A stretch of 64,000 nucleotides of DNA from Octopus vulgaris (GCA_951406725.2 OX597816.1:104842001-104906000), one strand, 5' to 3'. Counted from the stretch's first letter, positions 27,243 to 40,064 are shown. Program-made: numbers and translations. Notes: a model not told the origin generated them from the sequence alone.

Positions 27243-27538
27243 TCTACCCCCACCTTCTGCCTACCCACAAACCCCAACTCTACCCCAGCCCTCAGTCGAA
27301 CCCAAACCCCACTCGTGCTTTCCCCACTCTCGCTTTCCCCACCTCCCAACAACATCACACCACAACACACTACACCATGCTACATTACGCATTACATCAC
27401 AACACAGCACCTACACACCCATCCCCAAATTTTCACACCTACACATACATACACGCACACGTCCAGACCACCATCCCTCTTTCACCCGCACATACATACT
27501 CTCTTATACACACACGCACCTTTGTGTTGGGGGTCAGG
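27243..27538 (+). repeat. Second copy of the C/A-rich PLE-associated segment
   Basis: Colinear with ~25400-25690 (CCCACCTCCCAACAACATC...CACGTCCAGACCACC...GCACCTTTGTGT). Confidence 0.85.
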
Positions 27539-28191
27539 TCATATATATATATTCCTTCGACGTAGAGTTATGTTTTACGCTATAAACATGCGCATTAAAT
27601 ATAAAAAGTAGCGACCAATATGTCGTATTGTAGTATCGTCTCCTTGATTGTAAAAATTTACGACAAGAATACTCGACCATCCAAATTTAACATCAAATAT
27701 TCAAAGTTCCCACTCTGTTAATAATAGACAGGAATATCCCTCATATACAATGAGAATATTTTCGTGCAAAATTCCTTTAAAGTGCTCGATAAACCTGTGC
27801 ATAAACGAACGATATTCAGCTCAGTGCTGTAATTTATTAATATGTAAAGTAATGCGAACGATAAGAAACATATACATACATCAAAGCAAATATATTAGAA
27901 TAAATGCATATATTTTATGTACTTTCTATTTATATCTTCTTTATGGAGATGTTGTTAGTCAAAAACATTGTATTATTTTAACATATAGGCTTTGAGTTAC
28001 ATTCAAGTGACTTATCGTTCGCGTTATTCCATATATTAATATATCTTGAGCATGAGCTTGATTTATTCTATTATGCACAAGTTTATCGAGTATTTTAAAT
28101 GAACTTTCCACAGAAATATTCTCACTATATTTCAGAAATATTTATGTCTGTCATTATTAACATGGTCCATATCTGAATTTTAATATCTAAT

Positions 28192-28254
<63 letters not shown>

Positions 28255-29425
28255 TACACACACATATATATATACATATATAAAATGAATATATACACAT
28301 GTGTACATGTACATATATATGTATGTAACTATGTATGTGCTTATGTATTTATAAGCATATGCTACCGTAAATTACCTTAAAGCCATTAAAGTTTTAATAT
28401 TTGTTAAGTTTTGAAACAAAATTGATAATCAATACATATATTAATGCAAAGGTATTAATAAGTGCTTAAAACGGACGATAAATATTTGTATGATAATTCC
28501 TTTTTTTAAAAAAAAAAGAATTTTTTAAAGTATCTTACTTGATTATATATTCCCGTCTTTATAAGTTTAGAACCACGTATACAAAATTGTAAAATTTTTG
28601 CAAATTTAAGATTACGACTCAAGTCCATGTTATTATGCTAATTGCGACATTAGAAATGAGAGAGAGCAACAAAGTTTCTCACCTACGATGTAAACGTGTA
28701 TTCCAGGTAAATTGGTCACTCTTAGAAGTCGCAGACAAACAAAAGCAAACCCCTAAAAATGTAGAATTATTCCCAAACTCTCAGAGGCCAACAGTAGGAG
28801 AAACTGTTCTTGCACAACAGACTTACAATATTAGTGACAACGTTTAGCAGTGGCTTGACATTCATTTCACTTAATAAGCAAAGAGCAAACCTCAGATTCA
28901 TATAATATAAGATGCCTTGCCCAGTAAAGTCTTTTCGGTTATTTAAGTTAATATAATGAAATCTCCCGTTTTCTAACTAAAACGAAAAAACTTTTTTGCT
29001 AACATTTTCTGTTCCTGTTTACCATCCGATCATCAACAATGTTGTCATAATCCCCCGAACAGTGTGACCGAATACATACGGCATCAAGCGCAAGATTTTT
29101 TTTATATACCGTGAGTTTATTCCTGCCTTGTGCAATTAATCACTGATACTCTCATTAAAGTGTTGCTTGTACATTAGGATTTAAAATGATTTGCTCCAAA
29201 AGAGTACGAAATAACAACACCCAAAGTTTTTGTCATTATATATTATGATTGGGCTTACTCAAATTCGTGGTCTAATCCTTCTCGAGCAAGCTGACACGGG
29301 TAGAAATCGGTTATGAAGAATGCATGTATAGAAAAAAAATCCTGAGTTGCAATTTTGTGTCATCAAGGAAATTCAAACAATATTAAGAGGTTTGGACCTT
29401 ATGGTTTGTCTTTAGTGTTTTATAG

Positions 29426-30900
29426 ACTATGGCTACTGTCATGGCATAATTGAGCATGTAAATGTAAGACGAATGTGACTCAAACTTAATTTCATCATAC
29501 CCACAGAACTGCAAGCCAAAGGTATGCTCATCAATCCATGTTGTTGTTTTCTTAATGCCCTGCCTAATTTAAAAATCTATAAGGATCACATACATTCTTA
29601 TCATGATATTATCCTTGTTTTATCAGACAGTATATGGATTATGCATGTAGGTTTTTTTTTTCTTTAGTAAGCACAGTAGGATGTAATTTGAGGGAAATGT
29701 TGTTGCTCGGTCTAGCAGACCGAGTGACAAAATAGCAGCTTCTTCGTGCAACTATTTTTTTTTTTACAATATTGACCTCTATTAGCCTGAAGGCTTGAGA
29801 TACTGAGCAACTGCATCAAGCTAGGAGCATATTGCAGTTCAGGTAATAGTATACAAACAACCAACTTTGCACCTGATTGTCCGAAATTAGGACGACTCGT
29901 TCATATGCAAACCAAAGGATAACTCGAAACCTTGAGAGACTAAACTAGTTAAAGCATCAAATGCTTTAAACCAGTCGGATTTGCAATAAACAATAACATA
30001 TAAACTCAAGTTAATACTTTAACTTGAGATGAATAAAGAAGAAAAATACATTCGGTATCGTATTAGAGTGGATTTCTCTGATGGATTATTCTTAGCAATT
30101 AGGTTCTTGCCGCGGCTGTAACTGTAAGCTTCCATAATACCATGTCCTTTGGTTCAATCTTAAACAAGCACCAAATTTCAAAGATACTAAAGAATCTGTT
30201 AATTTTTTGTCTGGATATACATAAGGAGTAAATGAAACAGTGAACTTCATCGTCTCAATAAGAGAATTATTCCTATGTGTGATTAAAGAACTTATGTTAA
30301 CGAACAATCTAAAATACGATATAAGCAGGTCATTGGCCTTACCAATAAGTCAAGAGTATTCTGAATATGTACATCCATTTGATGTAATATTTGTACATGG
30401 CAACCCAGTCTCGAGAAACTCGACCGGAATATTTTTCAAAGTGAGATCGAACCAAGGTTATTTGCATTATATACTGACATTTTATCAATTATGATTTAGT
30501 GACAGTCGAAACTAAGAAAATAATCCGGCTCAAGAGGAGATAATAAAAGATCGGAATACTTGATTCCACTTTCAGGATTGAATCCCAACCTATTTGAAGG
30601 AATTTTATTATGGAACATTATATCTTCAACATTTTCTGTCTCCGTCCTTTCTCTGCTGTTCTATTTCTTTTCAGAGATAATCGGCTTTGCAATATTCCCG
30701 TTAAGTTGCGAGAATTGTTATCGGCTTAGTTTGTGGTTACATCGGATGGGTCAAGTAAGAAGTTGTTTCAGAATATAAGTCAAGCCTTGAAGGAGAGCTA
30801 GCGCAATTTAAGTACACTGATTCGGATTATGAAACTGTTGTTAGAATTGAGAGCGCTTTACTATCAAAAGCCACTCTCAACATGTCGGATGTCGAATAGA
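29426..30900 (+). pseudogene. Putative decayed GPCR-like coding block (late ectodomain, TM1, start of TM2)
   Basis: 96-bp phase 1-1 exon-like unit at 29426-29521 (ttttatag|...AAAG|gtatgc). Then Cys-containing frames and a hydrophobic EGILLWNIISSTFSVSVLSLLFYFF, frameshifting into RDNRLCNIPVKLRELLSA*FVV, which resembles the TM1-LRNxPGK-TM2 motif of Methuselah-like GPCRs. Confidence 0.35.
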
Positions 30901-31950
30901 TGCTAAAATATATCAAGTACAAATAACACTGAAATATGGAGATTTCGTGGTTTAGAGTTCCTAAATAACTGCACTATAAAGCCAATGCAAGATTTATATC
31001 GATAATTTTTCTATTCTTATATGTAGGTAGACGCATGTCTTTTTAAAATGAGCTTGTGTTTGGATATAAGCATATATATATGCGTGCATATGTCTTTATA
31101 TGTATGTGTATATGCATGCCTGTATGTGCAGGTCTGTGTATCTGTGTGTGGTGTGAAATACTTCCCAACAAAGAACTCAATTTTGTTTCGTTATTTTTAT
31201 TTGTTGCAATATATTCTTTATCAGAAACTCGGTAAGTAGTAGAAAGGATAAAGTGCCGGATTAAATGCCAAACGGCTACATGCTTTAGTTACAATTCAAT
31301 GTTTCAGTTCAAATACCGCTACGTTAACTCTGTCTATTCCTCCTCCGGGGACCATTAAAAATAAGTTGCAAACGTGAGCATGATATAATTCAGTTCACCA
31401 GCTCTTACCGTCCTCATGTGGGCATGGTTCAGAAATTAATATATTTTGTACTAGTAGTGAAGTTTGTAGAGCAAGCCGCCACTCTTTTTCCAATTCGATT
31501 CGATTAGATTCTCATTTACACCACTAATGCTCCTCAAATACTCTTCCTTCCGCATTATAAGTAAACATAAAGTTCTTATGCCCTGTCGTAAAAAGGGGTC
31601 AGTATATGGCTATATTCTTTGTAAGTACAATGGGTCGTAGAGAAGAGCTAATTTCCGCAAACCCGGTATAGAATCGAGGTACAGATTTCTAGCATTATCT
31701 AGTTTATTTCAATTTATTATTGATTCACTTCCCACACTTGACAAGTTGGCAAACATTTCACCAACAAACGTATGATGTATACAGCTCCAAATCATGAAAG
31801 TAATTGAAGAAAAAACAATAAACCATTAACGACATGTGACATGGGACGGTCATTCCCGTTTTTTTTTGCGGGGGGGGGGAAATACACACACGCACTATTT
31901 AGTCATTCTTCACTCATTTATTACTGTTCTTATTTTAACCCATGTTCATT

Positions 31951-31993
31951 GTCCGGAAATCTTTCCTCACATATCTGTGACCTCTTCAGCGAC
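31951..31993 (-). ncRNA. Degenerate minimal hammerhead ribozyme
   Basis: Minus strand GUCG-CUGAAGA-G-G-UCACA-GAUA-UGUGA-G-GAAA-GAUU-UC-CGGAC; core intact, closing pair of helix II and the helix III palindrome mutated. Confidence 0.5.
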
Positions 31994-32107
31994 GCTTTCC
32001 GTTCTCGTGTGTGTTCCTGTTCTTCTATATACATATGCATGTGTAAAAATGTATCTGCATGTATAAGTACATATATGTATGTTTACATATGCGTGAAGAA
32101 CGTATAC

Positions 32108-32140
<33 letters not shown>

Positions 32141-32144
<4 letters not shown>

Positions 32145-32346
32145 AAATTAGTGTACATTTAAACGCAAGAGAGGCGGTCTTTAACAGACAACCTTACACG
32201 CTAGATGAAGCACTCAAAACGACCAAAACCACATTTAAGAGTAATTTCGAAAGGAATGAAAAATAAAAACTTTTACCTTGTTTATTTTTACAGCCATACC
32301 TGTTAAAGGCCGCCTCTCTTGTGTTTAAATGTACACTAATTTTATA
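32141..32346. mobile_element. MITE (Tc1/mariner-like) with 47-bp TIRs
   Basis: 32141-32187 versus the reverse complement of 32300-32346 match at 45/47; TA at both outer ends. Confidence 0.85.
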
Positions 32347-32416
32347 TGGAGAATATGGTACCTATTGACTTTTTATACGTGCTTGGCCACTGGTAGTGAA
32401 ATTTCTAAAAACCTCG

Positions 32417-32483
<67 letters not shown>

Positions 32484-32622
32484 TGATATGTATATACATG
32501 TGTGTATGTATGTATAATTGGCTCTGTGTATAAGTGTATATGTGGTATATGTGTTGAAAGTAAGATAGACGAAATAGTATCGAAAGAATTGTAATAGTGT
32601 TTATTTTACGGTTTATTTTATA

Positions 32623-32859
32623 CCACGACACATTTTGTATATGAGTGTATATGTGTGTGCTTTCGCGTTCATTACGTACCACGTAGCAAAATACATTTTA
32701 TACCACGACGACGACACATTTTGTATATGAGTGTGTATATGCCTGTCAGTGTCTGTGTGTTTGTGCGTGCCCAGTAACTCGTAATCCGGGCAACGCCGAG
32801 TAATACAGCTTGTCCGTTATTTAAACTATGTATTCAAATGTTTCACATCCTATCGGAAT
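32623..32859 (+). repeat. Local duplicate of 35391-35641 containing a Helitron-like 3' end
   Basis: Near-identical to 35391-35641, including CCGGGCAACGCCGAG...CAGCTTGT and about 48 bp beyond. Confidence 0.9.
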
Positions 32860-33179
32860 TTAACTTACCTAGAAATAGGAGCTTTAGAATATTTCATTTT
32901 GAATGTTACAGACATTAATTATCATTTATATAATATTCGATAGTAAATTGAACGGAAGCTGCTTCAATTTGTCGTTATAGTGACTGGTTATTACAAATAC
33001 ATTGTGCTAAGCTATATTTTTTTATATAGAATGTAAAATTTCATACATATACCGTACATAAATTTCAGATTTATATTATGACTTTCATATATTCCATTGG
33101 AAGCTGCTTTATAGAACTAAAATATACATGAATATGTTAATTATCTCATTAGTATTTTTGAATAATAATGAACTTTAGT

Positions 33180-33578
33180 TTAGGCAGAAGGCCAGCAAAT
33201 TAGTGGGACCGTCGTCGATAACATCAACTGCAGTAGTTGGCTTTATTTTTATCGACCTAGACTTAAAAAAATTGGCCTTGACCGGATTTAAGCTCAGAAC
33301 CAAAAGAGTGAGGGAAAATCCGAAAGATATTTGGTCCTGCGTTCTAAAAATTTTGCCAGCTCAAAGCCTTATAACAATATTGACAATCATTTCTAATATA
33401 GGCACAAGGCCTAGAATTTTGGAGGAGCGGTAAGTCGATTACATCGACCCCTGTACACAACTGTGACTTACTTTACTGACCCCAGAAAAATAAAAGGCAA
33501 AGTCGACCTCGGCTGAATTTGAACTCAGAACATGAAGACGGATGAAATGCCGCTAAGTATTTCGTCCTGCGTGCTAAT
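33180..33578 (-). mobile_element. Two tandem SINE family C copies (about 33180-33365 old, 33390-33578 younger)
   Basis: GGCACAAGGCC...AGTCGATTACATCGACCCC...AAAGTCGACCTCGGCTGAATTTGAACTCAGAAC. Confidence 0.8.
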
Positions 33579-33579
33579 A

Positions 33580-33770
33580 AGATCGGTACAAATGCAAAGA
33601 TAGAACATCTACAAAAATCAGCATTGCCTGAAACTGCAGGAATTATTCGCAGAGTTCTTGAAGCATGACCAGTAAAATAGTGTCACCTTAGCCTGTTGAC
33701 TGTGAACAGCTGACAATTGCCATTATACCCAGCAAAATAAGCTGTGAGTTTGTATAAAATATTAATAAGA
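33580..33770 (+). mobile_element. R4/Dong LINE extreme 3' fragment
   Basis: IEHLQKSALPETAGIIRRVLEA* matches the IQKIALLGTAHILRRAL C-terminus; short 3' UTR followed by an AAT/ATT array. Confidence 0.75.
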
Positions 33771-33784
33771 ATTATTATTATTAC

Positions 33785-33821
<37 letters not shown>

Positions 33822-33838
33822 ATTAATATTATTATTAA

Positions 33839-33878
<40 letters not shown>

Positions 33879-33880
<2 letters not shown>

Positions 33881-34325
33881 AAAGCAAATGTGGAAGAGGA
33901 GACTACAAAATAAAGTGAAAACTTTAAGGCAAGATCTGAGTTGAGTAAAAGCCTGGAAAACAAACAAGCTCGGAAACACAAGATGCATATTTTGCCTCGA
34001 GGAAAGACACGTAGTCAAAGAGAAAGGATTTGAGACAATAATAGAAGAGTTAAAACAGCGTATCATAGCAGTAGCAGGAAAGCTCTCCAGATATCAGAGA
34101 GACTATGGAAAGTGCGGGTAAAATATATCCCAGTAGTTATAGCTGCATTGAGAAGTATCCCTAAAGATCTTGAGGAGATGGATAGAGGAAATAGGCCTGC
34201 AGAAAGCACTGTTATTAGGGACAGCTAGGATACTTAGAAGGGATCTTGGCATCGTGGGCAACTTGTTGTAGCTCGATCTTAGGATTCTTTTCTTTTCCAA
34301 CAGTCTAATTTGTTGAGGGTATATA
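33879..34325 (+). mobile_element. Internally deleted R4/Dong LINE derivative
   Basis: N-terminal MWKRRLQNK...EELKQRIIAVAGKLSRYQR joined at ~34100 to C-terminal RLWKVRVKYIPVVIAAL...LQKALLLGTARILRRDLG; the 3' part matches 60376-60565 (minus). Confidence 0.8.
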
Positions 34326-35159
34326 AATAACAGCAACAACAGCAGCAGCAACAACAACAATAACAACAACAACAACAATAATGCAGTACAACGTACTGGC
34401 TCTCATGACCTCTGAGATTAAAAGAAGATGAAAATGAAAATCATAATGATAATGAGAAGAAGAAGAAGAATACTTTCTAATATCAGCACAAGTTCTGAAA
34501 CGTTTTAGGGAAGGGAACTAATGATTTACAGCGACCCCACCGCTCAATTGATACTTTTATTGCAATAATAATAATGACGATGAAGATGATGATGATATGG
34601 TGATATGATCATGATCATGATCATGATCATGACGACGACGACAACGCCAACGATGTTAATGATATTGAGTTCCAGTTTTCACTGGTGTGATTTTCATTCC
34701 CTTGAAAGTTAACTTGACCTTCATTCTTTCTAGAGTCGACTAATCATGGAGTCGATAAGAATTGGCAAAAGTTCACTTTGCCTTCCTCTCGCTTGGGAAA
34801 AAATCTGTTTATACTACAGGTCAATATTACCTGATAGTAGATAAGTGCTACATGTCAGGACATTTTCAAAAATTTACTAATACTACTGGAGTTTATAGCA
34901 GTATTATTTATGGTAACAGAACTTCGCTCTTTTTGTACTATGAATAAAGAACAATCGGGATTGCACTGTACAAAATATTTCGCGGTAACATATATATATA
35001 TAAAATTCTTCACCTGTCTCTTCCCTATGCATTCTCAAACAGCTCCAGCAAATCAAATCAAATTTTACAAGGTAACAGTATTATACCCCTCGAGTGTCAA
35101 CATGTAACTTGTATTTTCATTTAGATTAAAGCAATATAACATTACTCTTTCTGTAGTCA

Positions 35160-35595
35160 CATTTTATACTAGATTTTATACCACTACGATAACAATGTTA
35201 CATTTTGTAAATATGTGTGTGTTTCTGCACGTTCGTTACGTACGACATAGTACAGGACATTTTATACCTCTACGACAACGACGACACGGTATGCATATCA
35301 GTGTGTATGTGTCTGTTTGTGTGTGTGTGTTTGCGCGTTCCTTACGTACGACATAATAAAGGACATTTTATACCACCACCACCATCATCACCACGACACA
35401 TTTTGTATATGAGTGTATATGTATCTGTGAAAATGTGTGTGCTTTCGCGTTCATTACGTACCACGTAGTAAAAAACATTTTATACCACGACGACGATACA
35501 TTTTGTATATGAGTGTGTATATGCATGTCAGTGTCTGTGTGTTTGTGCGTGCCCAGTAACTCGTAATCCGGGCAACGCCGAGTACTACAGCTTGT
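35160..35595 (+). mobile_element. Helitron-like element end with internal ~90-110 bp minisatellite array
   Basis: Four units starting (C)ATTTTATACC..., ending in hairpin-like CCGGGCAACGCCGAG and CAGCTTGT (CTAG variant). Confidence 0.6.
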
Positions 35596-35852
35596 CCGTT
35601 ATTTAAACTATGTATTCAAATGTTTCACATCCTATCGGAATCATGTTTCCGAGTGAAGAATCGAGCTCTCAAGTATGTGAATAAAAGTCTATTTATTTGT
35701 GTATGTCATTTTATTATCTAATAATTTACACACGTGTACATATATACATATATAGACACACAGATTTATATACACAACTATCTAAAATATGTGTATTTTA
35801 TATATAGTTATACAGATATATATATATACACACATACATTGATATATTATAC

Positions 35853-35896
<44 letters not shown>

Positions 35897-35903
35897 GTGG
35901 TGT

Positions 35904-36222
35904 GAGGGCGCGTGGCTTAGTGGTTAGGGCATTCGGCTCATGATCGTAAGGTTGTGAGTTCGATTCCCGGCGACGCATGATGTCCTTGAGCAAGACACTT
36001 TATTTCACGTTGCTCCAGTCCACTCAGCTGGCAAAAATGAGTTGTACTTGTATTTCAAAGGGTCAGCCTTGTCACTCTCTGTGTCACGCTGATTATCCCC
36101 TAGAACTACATTAAGGGTACACGTGTCTGTGGAATGCTCAGCCATTTGCACGTTAATTTCACGAGCAAGCTGTTCCGTTGATCGTATCAGCTGGGACCCT
36201 CGTCGTCGTAACTGGCGGAGTC
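35904..36222 (+). mobile_element. tRNA-derived SINE family A, full length
   Basis: GGCGCGTGGCTTAGTGGTTAGGGCATTCGGCTCATGATCGTAAGGTTGTGAGTTCGATTCCCGGCG tRNA-like head with A/B boxes. Confidence 0.92.
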
Positions 36223-38676
36223 TTTTAAAATATACATGTATATACATACGTATGTATATTACATAAATGCATACATACGTACGTACATACATACATACAA
36301 TGTATTTTTATATGTATGGATGTAATTCTCACCAATGAATGTCACATATAACAAGTAATAACTGATTTTACAAAAAAATAATAATAATCGAATTGTATTA
36401 TTACATACTCTTGAACCAATTTAAACATATGAATATATATTTTTCAACATTTCGTTGCTCCTGCTCATGTGACACAATCTGCTTAGTAATCTAAACCAAA
36501 CACGTTTACACTGCTAAATACAGGAATTAGGGCTATTTCCACTTAGCGTTGCAGAATCCTCAACGAGAATTCTACATATATTTTGAGATTCCTCGCTAAT
36601 AGGTTTTAGAAATAACTTAACAGAGAAGTTGATGCATTAATTTCCGGAGAAATACCTGCCACGAGGCAGATAATTGATACAGGCAATGAAAGAAATTAGT
36701 TTAGTGTTGCTACGACATAAATATACAGTAAAGTCTGTACTTAGAATCGATTTCCGCATAAAACTTCTTTTATAAATGATATTCGCGTTTAAAATATCGT
36801 ACATTTCTATGATATTCGAGAGTTATGATGGAATGAAACAGCCATGACAGATAGGAGATAGATTTATTCAAACCATAATTCAGTACTAAGCTAAATAAAT
36901 GTAGCTGGACAATAAGAGATCCTCAACCATTAAATTTAGATTTTTTTTGTTTTGATTAACTAAATTATGAGCAAACGGCACCAAAATTGAACTGCGAAGA
37001 AAATGAGCGTAAAACAGTTGTTACGATGTCACAGTGGAACATTTCCCTGATCCAATTTACAGCTTATAAATACGATCAGGCATGAATATGTGTTAGAAGT
37101 TTGCTCGTTACCATGTGACTTCCAGTTCAGTGCTATTTCACTAATGATTTCGGAGTGAATTTGAATAATGAAAAAAGCTGGAAAGCTCGTCGTAAATATA
37201 TATGTGTTTGCGCGCATGTGTGTGTGAGCGAGTAACTGCGTGCGTGTGCGAGCCTGCATCACCATTTGGCACTAAGTGTTAATCTGTTTACCATCCCGTG
37301 TCTTAATGTTTAGCAAAAGACAAGTAATTAGTGGGGTTGGTTTGTTTGACTGAAGACTTTGAGGCATTGTCCTTGCGTGACTGCAATCGAAATATATCTA
37401 AATACTGAGTAACAAAACTGCCTACCTGAAAAATGCCAGCAATATTCTAACAATTTATTATATTTTGTCTGCGAGATGCAGTACAAGAGTAATTTATTCT
37501 CTGAGTATCTTCATTTTTCTATGCCGATAGTGTATACTCTTGCACATTTCTCATAATCATTTTACTGAAGATGTCTAATAAGAACAAAACAGACTCCTAT
37601 GATCATTGAAAGTATTAAAATATCGTTACTTCATCGCTAATATTATGTTTGTATTTCTTTTCTCGCTGGATGATTTTTTCTAGTTAGCCCTTAGATGCCA
37701 CTTGCATGCTAACATAACAACGCACTCATTCATACACACACATACACAAACATGCATATACACATAAATATATATACATTTATATATTTAATATATATAG
37801 CTGTGTAACATATATATATATATTGTAAGCATGTATGTATGTATTTATGTATGTATGCAGTGAATTTTGTATATGAACCTGTTCTCGAATACCAACATGA
37901 AGTGGCCTCTGGGGAATCAAATGATTTGCTAAAGATAGCTGTCAAATGTCCCTCAATTCACACCCTATCATCTTAATAGAAATACATTGGATAATGTAGT
38001 TATTGGATATATAAAAGATAGCAAAGTCACCACTAAAACAACTTGATACCCTACTCAATCAACGCTGAACAACAACCCCACACTTGAGGGATCCACTTGC
38101 ACTCAACATTTTAATTCTACTCTGTCTCACTTCGCAAACCCGGACTTAAGCACTCCGCTTATCCTGTTAAAATTTTCTCTTGGTTCACGATTTATTATAT
38201 ACAGGGTGTTAACCTAGAGACGTAAAGGCTGGGCTGCAATCTCATTGACATTGTTATGCCGGCACAGCTTTAAAATTTTGTGATTGATTAAGAACCAGCT
38301 CTTTCATCGTTGAGGTAGACCATTCTAACACAAACATCGTTGAGGTTGACCATTCTTACACATATTTCAGTTTTACTGAAATACAAATAACCATGCACAT
38401 ACACATGTACGCACACATGCACACACAATATACGTACAAACATATATGCACATATGCAAACCTATATTCATGCATACATTTGCAAATAAATTTCAGACAC
38501 ACAAAAGTTTATTTTAAATATTTTTTTTTGCTTTGCTTTTTTTTTCATTATATTGTTTTTTTCCTGCATGCCTGCAACCTTTGGCAGACCTTCCCAGAAC
38601 AGTGAAATCGATGCTATATATGTTTATTTTGAACTTATGTTAGTCCATGTCCGGATCTGAAAAGCAATAGAGAGAA

Positions 38677-38721
<45 letters not shown>

Positions 38722-39122
38722 GGAAAGAGAGTTCTATAGTGTAGCGTTTCTGGGAAGAAAAGTTTGGGTAAAGTGTTTAGAAGAGGATTGGTAGTACACA
38801 CCATGCAAATAAATATATTAAGAAATACACAAACAAACATAACAGACATTCATCCATTTCATTTGTTTACACAGATTGTATTATATACACACAGGAATAA
38901 AACCATATCACAAGTGAGTTTGGATAAAAACACAAAATATATGAACAAAAATATACACACAAATTATACATTCAAACATATAAACAAAACCACTAACATG
39001 CGCGCCTGTTTATTGGTAACATTACACACGCAGAGCCAGATACAAGAACTTAGGAACGTATTATGCATAGGCATACCCTCAGGTCTGCATACTAGTAAGC
39101 ATATAAATACACTCACAACCTT

Positions 39123-39165
<43 letters not shown>

Positions 39166-39768
39166 GTACGTGCCGGCACACATACATGTAAATATGCATG
39201 TGAGTGTTTATGTATAAATATATATGTGTGTGTGTATACATACATAGACGTATGTACGTTCGTATATATTGTGTGCGCATACTGTCAAATTATGCATGTC
39301 ATTTGTGTATATATGCATATGCATATATATGAATATGTCTCTATGTGTACATATATATGCGTATATTTATGAATATACACGTATATATGCATACATATAA
39401 CTATGCATATACATATACATTTATACATACATTTATTTGCATGTAGACAAACAAACAGCAACATACCTATTTAGACGTTTGTGCAAGCGTACGTTGTTGT
39501 GGTTTAATACTTAATCAGCTCTAATCGAGCAGATCTTTGATCAAAGGCATTCCATTCGTGTCTGTCCCAGCTTTTATAATAGATATTTCTGTATCTAGGC
39601 TTACATAAATGAATGTATTCTGTCCTTTTATAAATGTTAGATGGTGGTATTTAAGGAGTCTTTAACTACTATTTCTAGTGGCTTCAATGATGGCAGAGGC
39701 TCTATGCTGTCAATTTCTTTTTATTCGCACAAAATGTAAAGATATACTGGACATTTCCAGGGCTTCGG

Positions 39769-40064
39769 TATACATATACTAAAACAGACAAAATAACGAA
39801 ACAGTTATTTTATATATCATCGTGCGTGAAATTATAAGCTTTAGAAAGTTCGTGGAATGTACATTTTTGGAGCGCTCTGTTAGGAAACATAATGTGCTGG
39901 ACCACTTAAATACACGCCGATTGCTGTATAGTGGTCTACCTCGTTTTTGCTTGTTTCTCCTTATAAACCGATCCAAATATGTACATTTCACTAACTTTCT
40001 AAACAGTTATTATTTTATGGTGATACATCAAATAACCGCTTCGTTCGTCTTTAGTCTATGTATA
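39769..40064. mobile_element. Old foldback/MITE with ~120-bp imperfect inverted arms
   Basis: 39769-39890 (TTTAGAAAGTTCGTGGAATGTACATTTTTGGA) is inverse-complementary to 39950-40064 (TCCAAATATGTACATTTCACTAACTTTCTAAA). Confidence 0.7.

Noticed and set aside
35160-35560. Repeat-spacer-like array suggestive of CRISPR
   Set aside because: Eukaryotic context, units are degenerate and the 'spacers' are homologous; a minisatellite inside a Helitron-like element, with no cas genes.
35904-35975. tRNA-like sequence
   Set aside because: Head of a SINE; it continues directly into SINE body shared with 1-300.
38764-39372. 202-aa ORF
   Set aside because: Low-complexity AC/TG-rich sequence with no domain signature.
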